Numbered from the stretch's first letter, positions 1-14,044 are shown. The stretch: DNA of 64,000 bases from Eledone cirrhosa (GCA_964016885.1 OZ024740.1:346022001-346086000), one strand, 5' to 3'. Numbers and translations are program-made. The notes: generated from the sequence alone by a model not told the origin.

Positions 1-501
1 GAGACTACTCTGATGGGAAATGTACCGCTTGGAGAAAATTCTGAACAGTCTTTTACCTATCTTGCTGTAGACTAAAAAATCACATTTGAGCTTTGAAATA
101 TTATTTGCCTGCATATTGTTGTGATATCAACCCATATATATATATATAGGCAGAGGTTTTAAGACATTAAGCAAAATACAGGTGTATAAGGGAGCTCATA
201 CTAAATGTTTATATACAATAACCATATCGGAGCCTCGCCATAAAAGAAAAAAACGTCAGTAAGAAATTACGTCGGTAATGCTAAACAGAACTGATTCTAC
301 TTTCCTTAATTACTCATCAGTAACTCTCACTTAGCCTGAATGACATGGAAATAGAGTATCTCCTATATACATAATGGGAGAGTATATGGAAGCATATAAT
401 AAATGTGTGTAACCATAAAATCACATACACAAACATGCGTGCACACACACACAGACACACACACACACAAGCACACACACAAGCACACACACACACACAC
501 A

Positions 502-534
<33 letters not shown>

Positions 535-548
535 TAATACATACATGC

Positions 549-584
<36 letters not shown>

Positions 585-593
585 GTATATATA

Positions 594-1814
594 TTTTGGA
601 TTAAAAAATCCAATAGTACCCCATTCGACGTGAGTATGGGCGCCAGTGACTCTGCGGAAGTTACTGATCTTATTGGCCTTTTCCTTCTTTTCTCTATCAA
701 GGACGAATTCCCCAACGCGGGCGGTGGTTTGCACCGTGACGATGGTCTTTTGACCATGACTAAGTGCGGACTTCGTGCTTGCGACAGGTTCAGAAAAGAA
801 CTCACAGCCTTCTTTAAAGGTTTCAACCTCTCTATATAGGTTGAGGCCAATCTCTCGGTCGTTAATTGCCTCGACGTTACCCTCAATTTATTGAATGGGT
901 TGTATTACCCGTATAGAAAGCCGAATGATACGCTTAAATACATAAGTAAGCATTCCAACCATCCTGCCAGCATAACCAAGAACCTGGTAAGAAACGTTTC
1001 GATGAGGCTTTCCCGTCTTTCCACCAACGAGCGTATTTTCAACGAACATTCCACTTATTACAATGAAGCTCTTGCTCGAAGTGGATTTGTCCATAAGGTA
1101 GCATATACAGAGCACGAAAATAGACCTAGAAGAAATAGATCCCGTCGCATTTGTTGGTATAACCCACCATATAATATGGAGGTGGCCACACCATTAGCTA
1201 AGATCTTTCTTTCCCTTATTACGAAGCATTTTCCCCCTACACATAAACATAGTAAAATTTTTAATAGAAATACTATTAAAATTTCTTATTCTACGACTCC
1301 TAACCTTGCACATAACATCACAGCTTCAAATTTAGCTAAACTACCTAACCGTAGGAACACGTGCAACCCTGTAGTTAGTACTTACTGTAATTGTAGGAAT
1401 CGGGCTGATTGCCCCCTATCCGGGAAATGCCTCTCTAGTAACATTGTCTACAAATGTAAGGTTGTAACACCCACGTCCCATAGGGCCTACATAGGGTTAA
1501 CCGCCAATAGTTTCAAGCAGCGTCTTTACATGCACACCCATTCTTTTCGTTACCCTCTAAGAAGGAATATGACGTCACTTTCAGTTTATATCTGGAGTCT
1601 AAAAGACAACCACACCCATTATAAGTTACACTGGGAGATCCTAGCTAGGGCTAGATTGTATAACGGAAATAAAAGACCATGTGACCTCTGCGCCGCTGAG
1701 GCTCTGGAAATACTCTACGCCACAGACCACATCTTAAACAAAAAATCTGAGGCAATTTCGGCTTGTAAACATACATTGCACAAAATTTTCCTGTATTACA
1801 GCCCCACGTTATAA
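594..1814 (+). pseudogene. PLE RT C-half plus GIY-YIG endonuclease with one in-frame TAG (837-839)
   Basis: ORFs 405..839 and 891..1814 are in the same frame; the N-terminal part of ORF 405 is microsatellite. Confidence 0.88.
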
Positions 1815-2721
1815 ACTAACGGATAGTACGATCTATACGTGGATATTTTACGTCTTGATGTCGGAGCTAAGTATATGTTTTGTTTATTCCTTTACTTATT
1901 TGCATAGGTAAGTATATATTACCCGTAAGTTTTGTTAAGGTACGTATACATTCTCGTACGTATATTTGATTGTTATGGCGTATAATTTTATATTTCTGGT
2001 ACATAGGGTTTGGCTATGTGTATACGGGAGTTTTGCGTCTGTGTGAGTATGGAGGTTCGTACGTATGGTAGGTGTGTGTATATGTGTACTTCTTGTTTTA
2101 GTTGACTTACGTCTCCGAACATTCGTGTATTTATATGTAGGTATGTGTGTGCGCTTGTTATATACGTATTTATTTATTCTTATACGTTTATATAATTATT
2201 TATTTATTTGTATACACGCATACACACACACACATATTTATATGTGCGTGGTTTTGTATGCCTATGGTAAGGTTTTGCGTATGCTTGTGTATGTACGTAT
2301 TTGTTTGCGTGTATCTATTTATTTATTTCTATTACTTCTGTATTGTATTTATTTACTTTGTTCTTAACTCTGTAGCGGAGATTCATTTGGTCTCCTAGTT
2401 AGAATTTTAGTCTACGAATTCTGCTATACCATTTACGTGGTTTTGTCTTGGCGTGCTATTGTTCCCCACGCTCCACATGTGACGTATTATCTTCATTTTT
2501 TCGTTCATTGCCAGATAAAGTCTCTATGCACCACCTAAGAGAACATTAGTCTACGACCTCTTTTATACCATAAACGTGGTTCTGTCTTTGCGCGTAATTG
2601 TTTTTCACCGCTCCTATTAATGACGTATTATTCGTTTTTTTCCCGTTCTTTGCCAGCGAACGTTTCCACGAACCAACGTTTTTTGAAATATCCAGTTCTG
2701 CGTTTACAGATTGACTCTGTT

Positions 2722-2772
2722 AGTTTCAGAAGATCCCGTTAAGGGTGAAAGCAGCGATTCTTTGCTTAAACT
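2722..2772 (+). ncRNA. Type I hammerhead-like motif with U4A core (CAGAAGA)
   Basis: AGTTT CAGAAGA T CCC gttaa GGG T GAAA GCA gcgattctt TGC TT AAACT; all three stems pair. Confidence 0.7.
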
Positions 2773-2783
2773 TTAATCTGTTA

Positions 2784-2850
<67 letters not shown>

Positions 2851-2855
<5 letters not shown>

Positions 2856-3410
2856 CAAGGTCTAGAAAATAGAGAAAAAGTTTTTAAATAAATAAAAAAA
2901 AAATTCGCTGTACTTACTCTATGTGCCTTTACGACGGTTTCATGCTCCAGAATAAACGGAAAATCCAAGCGGATTTGCATTGAGAAGGGAGCAATCTTCA
3001 GGAGGCTTTTCTCCCTCGGAGAATGTAACATTCCCGAGTTCAAATCACAAACTGACGCCATACAAAACCATTCCCAAATGAGCGCGAATGATGAAAGAAA
3101 TAATTCTGTCTGGAGTCGTGTGCAAAGACAAAAGTAGACAGGTCAATGTTCTGCGACTAGAAATAGCAGCAGTCCAAACGGCCAAAATGTTATCTTAGGA
3201 GGAGATCAATAATAATAAATAATACCTTAGGAGGAGATCAAAAATAATAAATAATACCTTAGGAGGAGATCAATAATAATAAAGTATGAATTCCTACATG
3301 GAAAATGTACATATAGGGAAACAAGTATTATCCAACCGTATGCCAATGTGGTCCTATGGCGGGTTAATAAATTAACAAGCCAGAACATATAAAATCAAGG
3401 TCTAGCAAAT
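2851..3410. repeat. ~540-bp non-coding insert in (TA)n with terminal direct repeat and internal ~32-bp triple repeat
   Basis: AAAATCAAGGTCTAG at 2851 and 3391; CTTAGGAGGAGATCAA... three times at about 3194-3282. Confidence 0.55.
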
Positions 3411-3897
3411 ATATATATATATATGCGTGTATGTGTGTGACACCAAGAACAAATTGACCAGAAGCATATAATATATATATATATGCGTGTGTGTGTGAGT
3501 GTGTACATTTATAAATGCAAACTAGTCTCCCAATCTATTATGACATGTTAAATTGTATCTTGTTTCACTACGTGTGTTACGTGTCTATGCAATTGCAAAG
3601 AGACACAAACAACATCGTGAATCAACATACCCTTGATCCAGCAAACCCTCTAGAATAAGAATGCTAGCATAGAAAGTGGGCTGTAAGAAGTACAGGGTTC
3701 GAACCGGTTTCCCTCGTAGGGATGTGAAACCGACTGTTGACTTTTTTTCTTCTCATTAGTGTTGTAATGATTAAGCCCATGTTTTTATCTGAAAGCCTCT
3801 CGTATACATAGACGGAACTTCGTGCTCATGTTGCAGATGGAACAGTTTGGAAATACTCCAATGATACACTAACACACACACACACCGGCATGAATAT

Positions 3898-4005
<108 letters not shown>

Positions 4006-4241
4006 GTGTGTGTGTGTGTGGGGGGGGGTGTTTATTTATGAGTGTGTGTGTTTCGTGTGTCTGTGTGTGTGTGTCTTGTGCATTTGTGTCTGTATGCACG
4101 ATCATGGGATCAGACGTTTGGCAATTACAATACAACAAACACTAACTTACTCAATGACGTTAAATAGAGTAGAATAATTTTCATTCATTGCTGAGTCTGC
4201 CTGATTCACTATTCATACATTCTATATGTCTGTATGTATAT

Positions 4242-4320
<79 letters not shown>

Positions 4321-4377
4321 GAAAGATAGAGTTTGTGAATAGTGAATATATATATGTTTTGTGTACATGCATAGAAG

Positions 4378-4414
<37 letters not shown>

Positions 4415-4453
4415 TTGCGAGGTTTTTGATATGAAATCGTGTGTCGAAACAAA

Positions 4454-5905
4454 TATTGTTATACTTGGGGAGGGTCATATCGTTGTAATAATATTGCCAG
4501 AATTAATAACAGAACACACTCACTGTTTGGTTGGTTTTCGCTTCTGTATCTTTTATATCAGTTAATTCATTCGGTCCTCAATGTTTACCATTGACTGACC
4601 AACGGTCAAAAATACAGATATAATTTAGACACAAACACATATATATAGTTTTAAAAAGTTCTTTCGTTGCACATCTGCAACAACGTCAGTGGTGCTATTA
4701 TGTTCCTCCTGTTGTATTGTATATCTACGCCATCTTTATGTTATCTGTTTATTTATTTTTTTTTTTTTGTCTTCTTCACTGCGCATGCGTTTGCATGTGT
4801 GTATAGAGTTTGCTGTCTGTTCGCGTTTCGGTGACTGTGTTTTGGTTCTTGTATTCTATCTTAGTTTACTAGTGTGTTTATATGTGTTTGTTATTGTGCT
4901 TGTGTATATATACATTTATTTATGTATATTTCTCTTAGGTCAGTATTGTTTGTTTGGGTGTTGTTGTTATTCCATTCATTTTTTTCTGTTGGTCTGTCAA
5001 TGGTAAACATTGAGGATCGAATGAATTAACTGATATAAAAGATACAGAAGCGAAAACCAACCAAACAGTGGCTGTGTTGTGTTATTAATTCTGGCAATAT
5101 TATTACAACAATACGAATTGAGTCAGAAAAGTTCCAGAACTGATGTCACAAAAGATTTATTTCAAACCCAAACTTCACACTAAGAGTTTTCTCCTTCATA
5201 GTAATCCTCCTGGAGTCTAATGCGTATTTCCATCCTTTTCTGCCACGCTTGCATGCACTCCTGGAAGGAATCTTCCGGGATCCTCCGCAGTTCCGTCGTC
5301 ACGGCCTTTTTGACCTTGCATCGACCCTTCTGGTCATCGTTCAGCAGATTTGGTACCATCTTCGCGCAGAATTTCCGCATGTCCAAATCTTCAGTGAGAA
5401 TCTTCCAGACGCTGTTCCGATTCATGCCCAGCTCATTTTCCATCAGTCGAACAGTCAGCCGACGATCACTACGCACCATCTGCCTGACGCGCACAATGTT
5501 GACCTCAGTCCTGGTTGTTGAGGGCCTTCCGCTCCTGGTGTCATCTTCCACGTCCTCGCGTCCGTCTTTTAACATCTTGCACCACTCAAAAACACGTGTG
5601 CGTGACATCGTCTCATCTCCATACACTTTCTACAACAATCCCAATGGTTCTGACGGAGTTTTCAAGTTTGTTCGTTGCTCTCTGCCCATTTCTTGACGAC
5701 CTGGAACAGAGGACATGTATATAAAATTATGAAGAAAAAAGTTTGATCGCTGCAGAGAGCTAAGATTACAGTTACATACTTCAGGGGGATTACTTTGAAG
5801 GAGAAAACTCTTAGTGTGAAATTTGGGTTTGAAATAAATCTTTTGTGACATCAGTCCTGGAACTTTTCTGACCCACCTCGTATGACCCTCCCCAAGTATA
5901 ACAAT
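4454..5905. mobile_element. Fold-back non-autonomous PLE-like terminus, interrupted by a mariner
   Basis: 4454-4603 is the inverse of 4988-5113 plus 5881-5905; terminal motif ATGACCCTCCCAAGTATAACAATA abuts (TA)n. Confidence 0.7.
5114..5880 (-). mobile_element. Internally deleted mariner transposon
   Basis: ~100-bp TIRs and TA flanks; ORF 5180..5626 has YGDETMSRTRVFEW..DDTRSGRP..DRRLTVR (mariner HTH) fused directly to the C-terminal tail; catalytic domain missing. Confidence 0.92.
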
Positions 5906-7352
5906 ATATATATATATTATACTTATATTTATTTGTGTGTGTGTGTGTTTGTGTGGGAGGGTGTGGGGTGTGTGTGGGTGTGTGTATGTGTGTGTGCCTG
6001 TGTGTGTATGTATGTACATATGTGTGTTTTTATGATTTTCTCAGTATGCTTATATATTTGTATGCCTATAGCAATACTGCAAAGTGCATAATAATAAATA
6101 TATATATATATATATAAAGTAGTAAAAACAAGAAAGACGTCAATGATAATTTACGATGTTGATGATGATGATTTTATTGGGAACGCTTATGGTTGTAGGG
6201 CTCATAAAAAAAAACAACGATGCGTTTCTGTTTCTGGATCCAGGGCTTTGTTCTCTCGTAAATGATCAGTTATGCGTCAATGTGATTGGAGAACACTACA
6301 GGTAAATTGAATTTGTAAGTCGGACTGTTGTCTTTTGGCGTTGTATACTTCATTCATTAAGACTTAAATGCGATCTGTTGGTGGCAATAGAAGCGTTTTG
6401 TGAATGTCTGCTTTATGAAACTGTCAGTGATGCTTGAGGGCAAAATTTTCTCTCAACTTTAAAACTATTACATTAGAATAAGGATTTTCCCACGTTGATA
6501 ATTGTTTTATTCGTATATTGCTTTTGTTTTGTGTTAGCTGGTTTAGCTGCCAATGTTGTAATTGTTGTTAGATTTTTAAAAATGATAGGAAAGGGAGTTT
6601 CATCAGACGCATCATAGGGAAGAGTGGGGGATGGCGCATAAAGAGATCAAACATGGCTTTAGGATTGCCAGCAGCATTCGTGGAGTAGATGGGTGGCGAA
6701 GAATGCAAAGGGCTGATTGTGGACAAAGAAAGATTATCAGTACTTTATTTTAAATGTTTGGAGAGAAAAGATAAGACAATAAAAACTGCCAATTGGCATA
6801 TAGTTGCATGAAAGATAAAAAAGAACAGTTAGGCTCCAGAAAACATAAAAATAGGCGACGACACAAACATGTACGCACATGTATATGTGTACACACACAC
6901 ACACACACATACACACACACACACACGTGTGCGTACATGTTTGTGTCGTCGCCTATTTTTATGTTTTATAAGTTAAAACAATGAAATAAAAAATGAAGTC
7001 ATTAGAAATATACTTCATTGCTTTACGATCGTTTCTAGGTGATGATAATACATTGTAACTATACTTTGTTATCAATCTAAGTAAGGTTAGTTACAAAATA
7101 TCAGATAAAGAGAATATTTACTTACATGCATATCACCAGCTGTTGTCAAAAGGAATAATAATTTTATTCAAAATTAATATTAAATTAGTAGTAAGTTTAG
7201 TTCTATGAACTTATTTGGATGTAGCTGAAGAACTAACAAATCAGATTGTTTTTATAGACATACTTGAATGTATTTTAAGGCGTATCATACGCTGTATTAT
7301 ACTAAGTACAATTTATCACACCGTACTATATTGTGTTACATTATATTATATT

Positions 7353-7540
7353 GGTGGATTGTCAGTATCGGTAGAGGGTTGGACGTCATGTTTTGACGCA
7401 TATAATTACGGCCCTTTCCATTCTGAGTTCAAATCCCGCCGAGGTCAACTTTGCCGTTCATCCTTACGGGGTCGATAAAATAAAGTACTAGTAATGTACT
7501 GGTTAATTGCTGGCCTTGTGCCAAATGTAGAAACAATTAT
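7353..7540 (+). mobile_element. tRNA-derived SINE (family A)
   Basis: A-box-like TGTCAGTATCGG, B-box GAGTTCAAATCC, body shared with 9432, 16362, 18921 and 33712. Confidence 0.85.
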
Positions 7541-7947
7541 ATTATATTATTGTATTACTGCATTACATTATCTTATTATAATTTTCATCTTTTAATATAC
7601 TGTCTTTCCTGGTCATGACCTTAATTTATATTCACCTAAAAACTCCATACAACACAACTCAACATTTAATTTTTACATTCCTTTTAAACTTCGATATACC
7701 ATATACATTCAACTATCAATTTGACAATCCCTTTCTTCCTAAAAGATGTTTTATAACAATTCTATTATTAATACCATTCAACCATTCCTTTCAAAGGGTC
7801 ATGTCCTCAACTAAAGTGAATTAATTTTCATGTTAACATCATATGGAAAAAAACAATCTGATTGGTTCGTTCTTCAACTACCTCCAAATAAGGTCATAGA
7901 ACTAAACTTACTACTAATTTAATACTAATTTTGAATAAAATTATTAT

Positions 7948-8084
7948 TGCTTTTGACAACAGCTGGTGATATGCATATTTAGTAAATATTCTCTTTATCT
8001 GATATTTTGTAACTAACCTTATTTAGAGTGATAACGAAGTATAGTTACAATGTATTATCATCACCTAGAAACGATCGTAAAGCA
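7948..8084 (+). ncRNA. Hammerhead-like motif, U3-A8 core, long stem II (inverse copy at 7019-7154)
   Basis: TGCTT TTGACAA ..GGTGAT..(~90 nt)..ATCACC TA GAAA CGATCG TA AAGCA. Confidence 0.6.
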
Positions 8085-8397
8085 TTGAAGTATATTTCTA
8101 ATGACTTCATTTTTTATTTCATTGTTTTAACTTATATCATGACTCTGTTTTCCTTTTAATGTTTTATTGTTTTCCGGGATTTATTTTAACGTACAACATT
8201 TTCAACATATGGATTACGTTGAGTTCTTCATGCAGACTAGACCCCACAACTTACCGTGGATATCTCTGTGTATATATATATATATATCATCATCATCATC
8301 ATTGTACGTATATTATTAACATTCGATTTTTGTATTCATCCATGTAGTGCGATAAATCTAATTGTTAATATATATATATATATATATGTCGGGTCAC

Positions 8398-8830
8398 TCT
8401 TGAATGCTACTGGTAACATGTAACCCAGTACAACCTGACGCATGGTCGGGTCGTCGGCAACTAAACCGGCAACCCCTCCAAGTTTACTTGGTGAGGAAGG
8501 TGATTTTGGACAGCCTGCAGGACAAAAAACAAAACCTGACAAATGGCGAAAGAAATCATAAGAGTCAACGGCCATCTGAAAGTGTGTAAATATGTATATA
8601 CACATGTACCGCACGGTTAAACCACTGGGAGTGAAGGACCCCTAGCATTTGTCAGGGCATTCTTCTAGGAGAAGGCAACTCAGGAAACTGGGATAACTCC
8701 GATATAAAACCTGCGGCTCAGTAGTTATCGATGATGTTGATCTTTTCGGGTTATAGCTACTGTCGCTCAGAGAGTTGGATTGGCTCAGTGCACATTCTTT
8801 CCTCACTTTAAAAAAGGTCGTCATGCACAG
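8398..8830 (+). repeat. Dispersed repeat resembling an RTE-type 5' UTR (second copy 24272-24760, minus strand)
   Basis: Two clearly homologous copies in the window; motif TTCTAGGAGAAGGCAACTC...TAAAACCTGC recalls RTE 5' UTRs (from memory, not searched). Confidence 0.55.
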
Positions 8831-9169
8831 GCGTTGCACGATAGAATTTATGAATAATTATTAATAATGGAATATCGTGCAATGGCCATACTCGATAACG
8901 AGGCGGCAGCCCCCCCCCCCCCCAAAAAAAAAATATATATATATATTCATATATGTATGTATATGTATATATAGTTGTATACTTTTACTTTGATATCTTA
9001 ATGAGTATTTATGTTTTTATGTTCTAAGTATTATTTTGATTTGACTACAGAAGCACTTGTATTGTATTCACTAATCGTGAGTTATTTAACGAAATAACTC
9101 ACTATGTAAGACTCAATAGAGGTACAAACAATTGTAAGTGTTTGAAAGCCTTTGGTTTTTTTCTATTAA

Positions 9170-9205
<36 letters not shown>

Positions 9206-9431
9206 CATACATTTTATCCAGTTGATGAAAGTTGGTTGATCAAAAATCTGCTGACTATTAGGTAAAGCAGACGGGAAGCACTCTACGGCTGTATTCCTCA
9301 GTATTTTCTCCGTAAGATATCACCCAGAATTTTAGTATAATAAATAAGAGAGACGGTTGTATTTGAACATTTTCATTTTATTATCTAATTGATTATAGGT
9401 ATAATAATTTATTATTATTATATATTTTGCA

Positions 9432-9620
9432 GGTGGATTGGCAGTATCGGTAGAAGGTCGGATGCCATGCTTTGAAGCATAGAGTTACCTCCCTGTATGA
9501 TCTGAGTTCAAATCCCGCCGAGGTTAACTTTGCCTTTCATCCTTCCGGGGTCGATAAAATAAAGTACCAGTAATGCACTGGGAAATTGCTGGCCTTGTGC
9601 TAAAAGTAGAAACAATTATT
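9432..9620 (+). mobile_element. tRNA-derived SINE (family A)
   Basis: TGGCAGTATCGG A box, GAGTTCAAATCC B box, ATT tail. Confidence 0.88.
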
Positions 9621-10151
9621 ATATATATATATATATACACATACACACACACACACATATATATATACATATATATATATATATAAACTTTTACATACTC
9701 ATATATATATACACACATATAAATATATATATATAAAATACATATATAAACATATTCATACACATATATACATTTCTGTTTATATATATATATATATATG
9801 GATGGTGGGTGCGTGGTCTGTGTGTGCGTGTGTGTCTGTGTGTGTGTGTGTGTGTGTACATATTATCATATCGAATATCTATCGGTTTATTTACATTCCA
9901 GATCAGTACTATATATATATATATATGAAATATAGACAATAAAAATTGTCAATGTCAGTTTCTATATATAATAGTTGAAAAGACCGGCTAAAGTACCTCT
10001 GGGGACGGATGAATATAGATAAAGGGGCATGCGAGGTATCAAACCTTGCTTTCTTTAAGCTATATATTTCTTAATCTTCCTTAATATTCTTTTGATACAA
10101 GTTGCCTTTCATTCAATATATTATGAAACGAAGTTCTCAATTTCACTGCCA

Positions 10152-10160
10152 TAGTAGTAA

Positions 10161-10244
<84 letters not shown>
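10152..10244. repeat. (AGT)n microsatellite followed by degenerate (CAT/CAA)n low-complexity sequence
   Basis: Direct reading. Confidence 0.95.
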
Positions 10245-11121
10245 AATTCCTAGCAATATGGTACTGGTAGCAGCAGCAGTAGCAAATATTCAAGTGCAAG
10301 TATGTTTAATAGCAGCATTACGCAGAAGTACAGACATCACCCTTACCCTTATCGTTATCATTATCATGATCATCACCTCCATCCCCATCATAACCATCAT
10401 CTTCCACGTTATCATCACCAGTACCAGCAGCAGAACCACCAAAAGCAACATCATCATCATCGTTGTCATTGATTTCCTCGTCGTCTACATCAACAACAGC
10501 GACATCAACAATAATATCTAGATCTACATGGATAACGGCAATGACAACTCCAAGGTAGGGGAAGGAAGCGTTGTCGAAGGAAGGTTTTAATCGTTTATCA
10601 CTGTCATGGCAATTCAATAGCCAAGGGTGTCAAAATTTGTGGACGATAAGGTGATAGATGGACAAGCTGGCCCTAATGACAGGTTCTGGTTATGTATGGA
10701 TGAATGATGAACTTAGTTCTGTGACACTTAGGCAGCACACAGCCAATATCTCAATTATTTCCTGAACAACACCATACAACATAAGCCCAACTAGAGATGA
10801 CCATCTCTTTTACAAATATGGCAGCTACAACGATGACGACCACTACTACTATTACAACAATGAACACTATAACATCTTTCAATAACAGTATTACCTCAAT
10901 ATACACTACCAAAACCATCAACACTTATAAGATAGAGGAACATCAACCACAACTACTATAATAAACAACACGAAAAGCAACAACAACAAATACCAAATTA
11001 CAAAGTCTAGTAACGCATCAAATATCATCACCCAATGAAGTGGAACTTTCGCCAATACTCGCCCGTGTGTGTGTTGGAGTAAGCCTGTACTTATAAATCT
11101 ATCTCTCTCTCTCTCCCTCTC

Positions 11122-11205
<84 letters not shown>

Positions 11206-11676
11206 AATATATATATATATCACCACATATTTAATTAAATATTCATTTATATATAGAAACATAACATTAGCATCGAAGTACAAATATCTAAACATGTCAT
11301 TAGTAGCTTAGTGAAAATAGTCTAGTATATAAATAAATTTAAGAAAATACACTAACAGTTCATACAGGCGTCACTAGGAATCAAGCGACTGATCTGGTAA
11401 CTTGATACCCTAGACAGGTCACAAGCAGCAAAGCCAATTAGAATGTCCATCTCCCACACATAAAATAACTGCTACTTGAGAATTTCGGGCATAAGCTTAC
11501 TGGTCGGCGAAGGGAAAAACACGTATGACCGGTAACATATCAATGGGTATTGGCATCTCATGTGAATTTTTGTCTGAAGAGAACACATAGAGCATCTGTT
11601 ATACAACTGACTTACGTCATTGAAATACGTATAACAATATATATATACATTTTTCTTGTTTATTATTATTATGATC

Positions 11677-11749
<73 letters not shown>

Positions 11750-11792
11750 TTATATATATATATATATATATATATATCATTATATATATATG

Positions 11793-11824
<32 letters not shown>

Positions 11825-11837
11825 TATATATATATAC

Positions 11838-11896
<59 letters not shown>

Positions 11897-12060
11897 AATA
11901 ACTGGAGGCTGGACTGGTGTAAATCGTTGAAAGGTTTATTATACTATGATGATTTCAATGACCGGGTTCAGTATGAATCCGGTGACATCATCAGGTATTC
12001 AAAATATAACATAGGAATATATCAGATAAAATCCATGGGGCTTAAAATCAGAGACAAGAG

Positions 12061-13857
12061 GACGATCGACTATTTAGCAGCTTTTACCTCAGTCGGCCGC
12101 CCTCAAGTGTGATTATTAAGTCTAATTGTGACCATCTGGTGAGGGGGCGCAAGCTTATAATGTGCTACTACCCCTTCGTCAAAGAGAAATGTAGGCGTTG
12201 AGGTCATGCCTCAATCAAGATGATCATGCGTGCTAGAAATTGCCGCGAAAAATGATTTTCCATAGAACAAATATCTTCAACAAAGGCATATATAGGGGGC
12301 GTCTGTATGGTATAATGTGTGGATAGAAATTTTGGTTAATAATTAGAAACGTTAAACTTAAGTTTAGAGTTATAGGATGAAATTAGAAAAATAAGGTTTA
12401 AGGTTGGGGTTGTGAGATCTAGTTAAAGAATTTACTGAAAGAGGCTTTTATGAAAAAGTTTAAGTGTATTATAGATAGTGTCGATAAGTTTTCAGGGTAG
12501 GATATAGAGTAAAGATTAAGCCCTTTTTTAGAGGTCAATAACCAGCGATGACTGCAGACCTCGTCCAGCCCTCCCTAACCACGTGCCAGGCGTTCCGAGT
12601 AATATCGTCTAGCAAAAGAAATGGAAATTAATTTTTCCGAGCACTCCAGAAACTCATGTAACTGTCTTAGGCGTCAGGTGTGAAGTCGCGGGAAGTCCGC
12701 CACCGCCGTCTGGCCATCGTATATAACAACCGATAATTCACACAGGGGGGGGGGGGGGATTTAGTTACGTGCTAGTAGAGGGAGGCATGATACAGCTAAT
12801 AGTTATGATTAGGCCTAGAATTTAAAGGTACTATTTGGCGGTCAAAGCCAGCGGCGCGGCGGGTTCCAAGTCCGACAGGGCCCCGGGGCGAAGCAGTCGT
12901 TCCGAGTAATTTCGTTTACCGAAAGAAGGGGAAATTTATTTTTCCAAGCACTCAAGGAAGGCTTATCTACCCGAGCGCCAGGCGTGCAGTCGGGAAAGCG
13001 CCACATCCGTCGGACCATCGCGTGTTACCAAATGATTATTATATATTCACATCCGTGATGTGAGGTTGAAGGTGGTAAAACCAAATGAAATGCGCAAATA
13101 GACTATATTTAGTCCCCAGTTAGTCCGGGTTATATGTAGTGTGGTTCTTGGGTGGTTAGGGGGAGTGAATAAAGATAAACAGATATAAGGGTAAGAGAGT
13201 AATATTCTAGGGTCGTGTGCTAATGAGCACAATGATAAGTATTTAATGAGAGTAAAGCGAGTAAATAAATACATAAGTAAAAAGAATAATAAGCAAAATA
13301 CATAAATAAAAAGCAAAGAACATAAATTAAAATACATAACTAAAATGCGTTCATAACTAGGGTTGTGATGCATGGAGTAAAACGGAAGTATATAAGAACA
13401 TATCGGACAAATCAAAACACAGGGAAATACAATATAGATCAAGGTGCAATTTGATAATACAAGGTTATACATATAGATATAGAGGATGGAAGAGATGGCA
13501 TGGTATCAGGTGATACCTAGTGTATGTTCGATTCTCGGAATTCAGTGTGTGTCACAAAGGCCCTGAAGTATAGTAAAGACAATTCAGTCAATACAAGATA
13601 TAGTATAATACGTAGAATTTTTTGAGGAATCTATGAGGTCTGTCGGAGTCTGAATATTCCCGACAGGGAAGTAGCATGGACCAGGCGGGCGGTAGACAAC
13701 GGTCAAAGCAGCCAAAATCGGAATGGTGTGTAGATTAGTTAGTCCGATGCTGGCGATAGCTGTACACTGGAGTCAGTGCCGCTGTTCATTATTACCTCTC
13801 AAAGCGCTTGACATTTAAGGCCGACTGAGGTAGAAGCTGCTAAATAGTCGGTCGTAC
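12061..13857 (-). mobile_element. Unclassified degenerate element bounded by ~37-bp inverted repeats
   Basis: 12061-12097 is the inverse of 13819-13857; internal diverged ~145-bp duplication (12594-12740 vs 12900-13040). Confidence 0.45.
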
Positions 13858-13994
13858 TCCGTACTCGCACCACCAACTACACTAATGAAGACGGGTGAGT
13901 TGCATTACGTTGAGTGCTCTACATAATATTACATCGTGGTAATGACCAGTACGGAATGACCAGTTCTATCCAGTGGTGAACAAACAAAACTCAA

Positions 13995-14040
<46 letters not shown>

Positions 14041-14044
<4 letters not shown>

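Larger units (their letters stand above)
593..2790 (+). mobile_element. 5'-truncated Penelope-like element, Hydra-type, inserted between (TA)n tracts
   Basis: RT motifs FDVSMGASDSAE and GLHRDDGL; WYNPPY...KHFP...KIFNRNTIKISYS; CNCRNRADC (CxCx5C); GIY-YIG (IVY...YIGLT); CDLC; 3' terminal region with HHR-like motif ending at (TA)n. Confidence 0.9.
6955..8135. mobile_element. Fold-back PLE-like terminal repeat pair with nested SINE
   Basis: About 6965-7215 is the inverse of about 7895-8135; an HHR-like motif in each arm. Confidence 0.75.

Noticed and set aside
3194-3282. 32-bp triple direct repeat as CRISPR-like
   Set aside because: Contiguous tandem copies without unique spacers, no cas genes, eukaryotic context
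10102-10617. Ser/Ile- or Asp-rich ORFs
   Set aside because: Degenerate trinucleotide repeats
11956-12000. Minus-strand CTGATGA T GT..AC T GAAC CCGG TC
   Set aside because: GAAA is mutated and stem I is poor; probably a decayed HHR and single copy here, so not called
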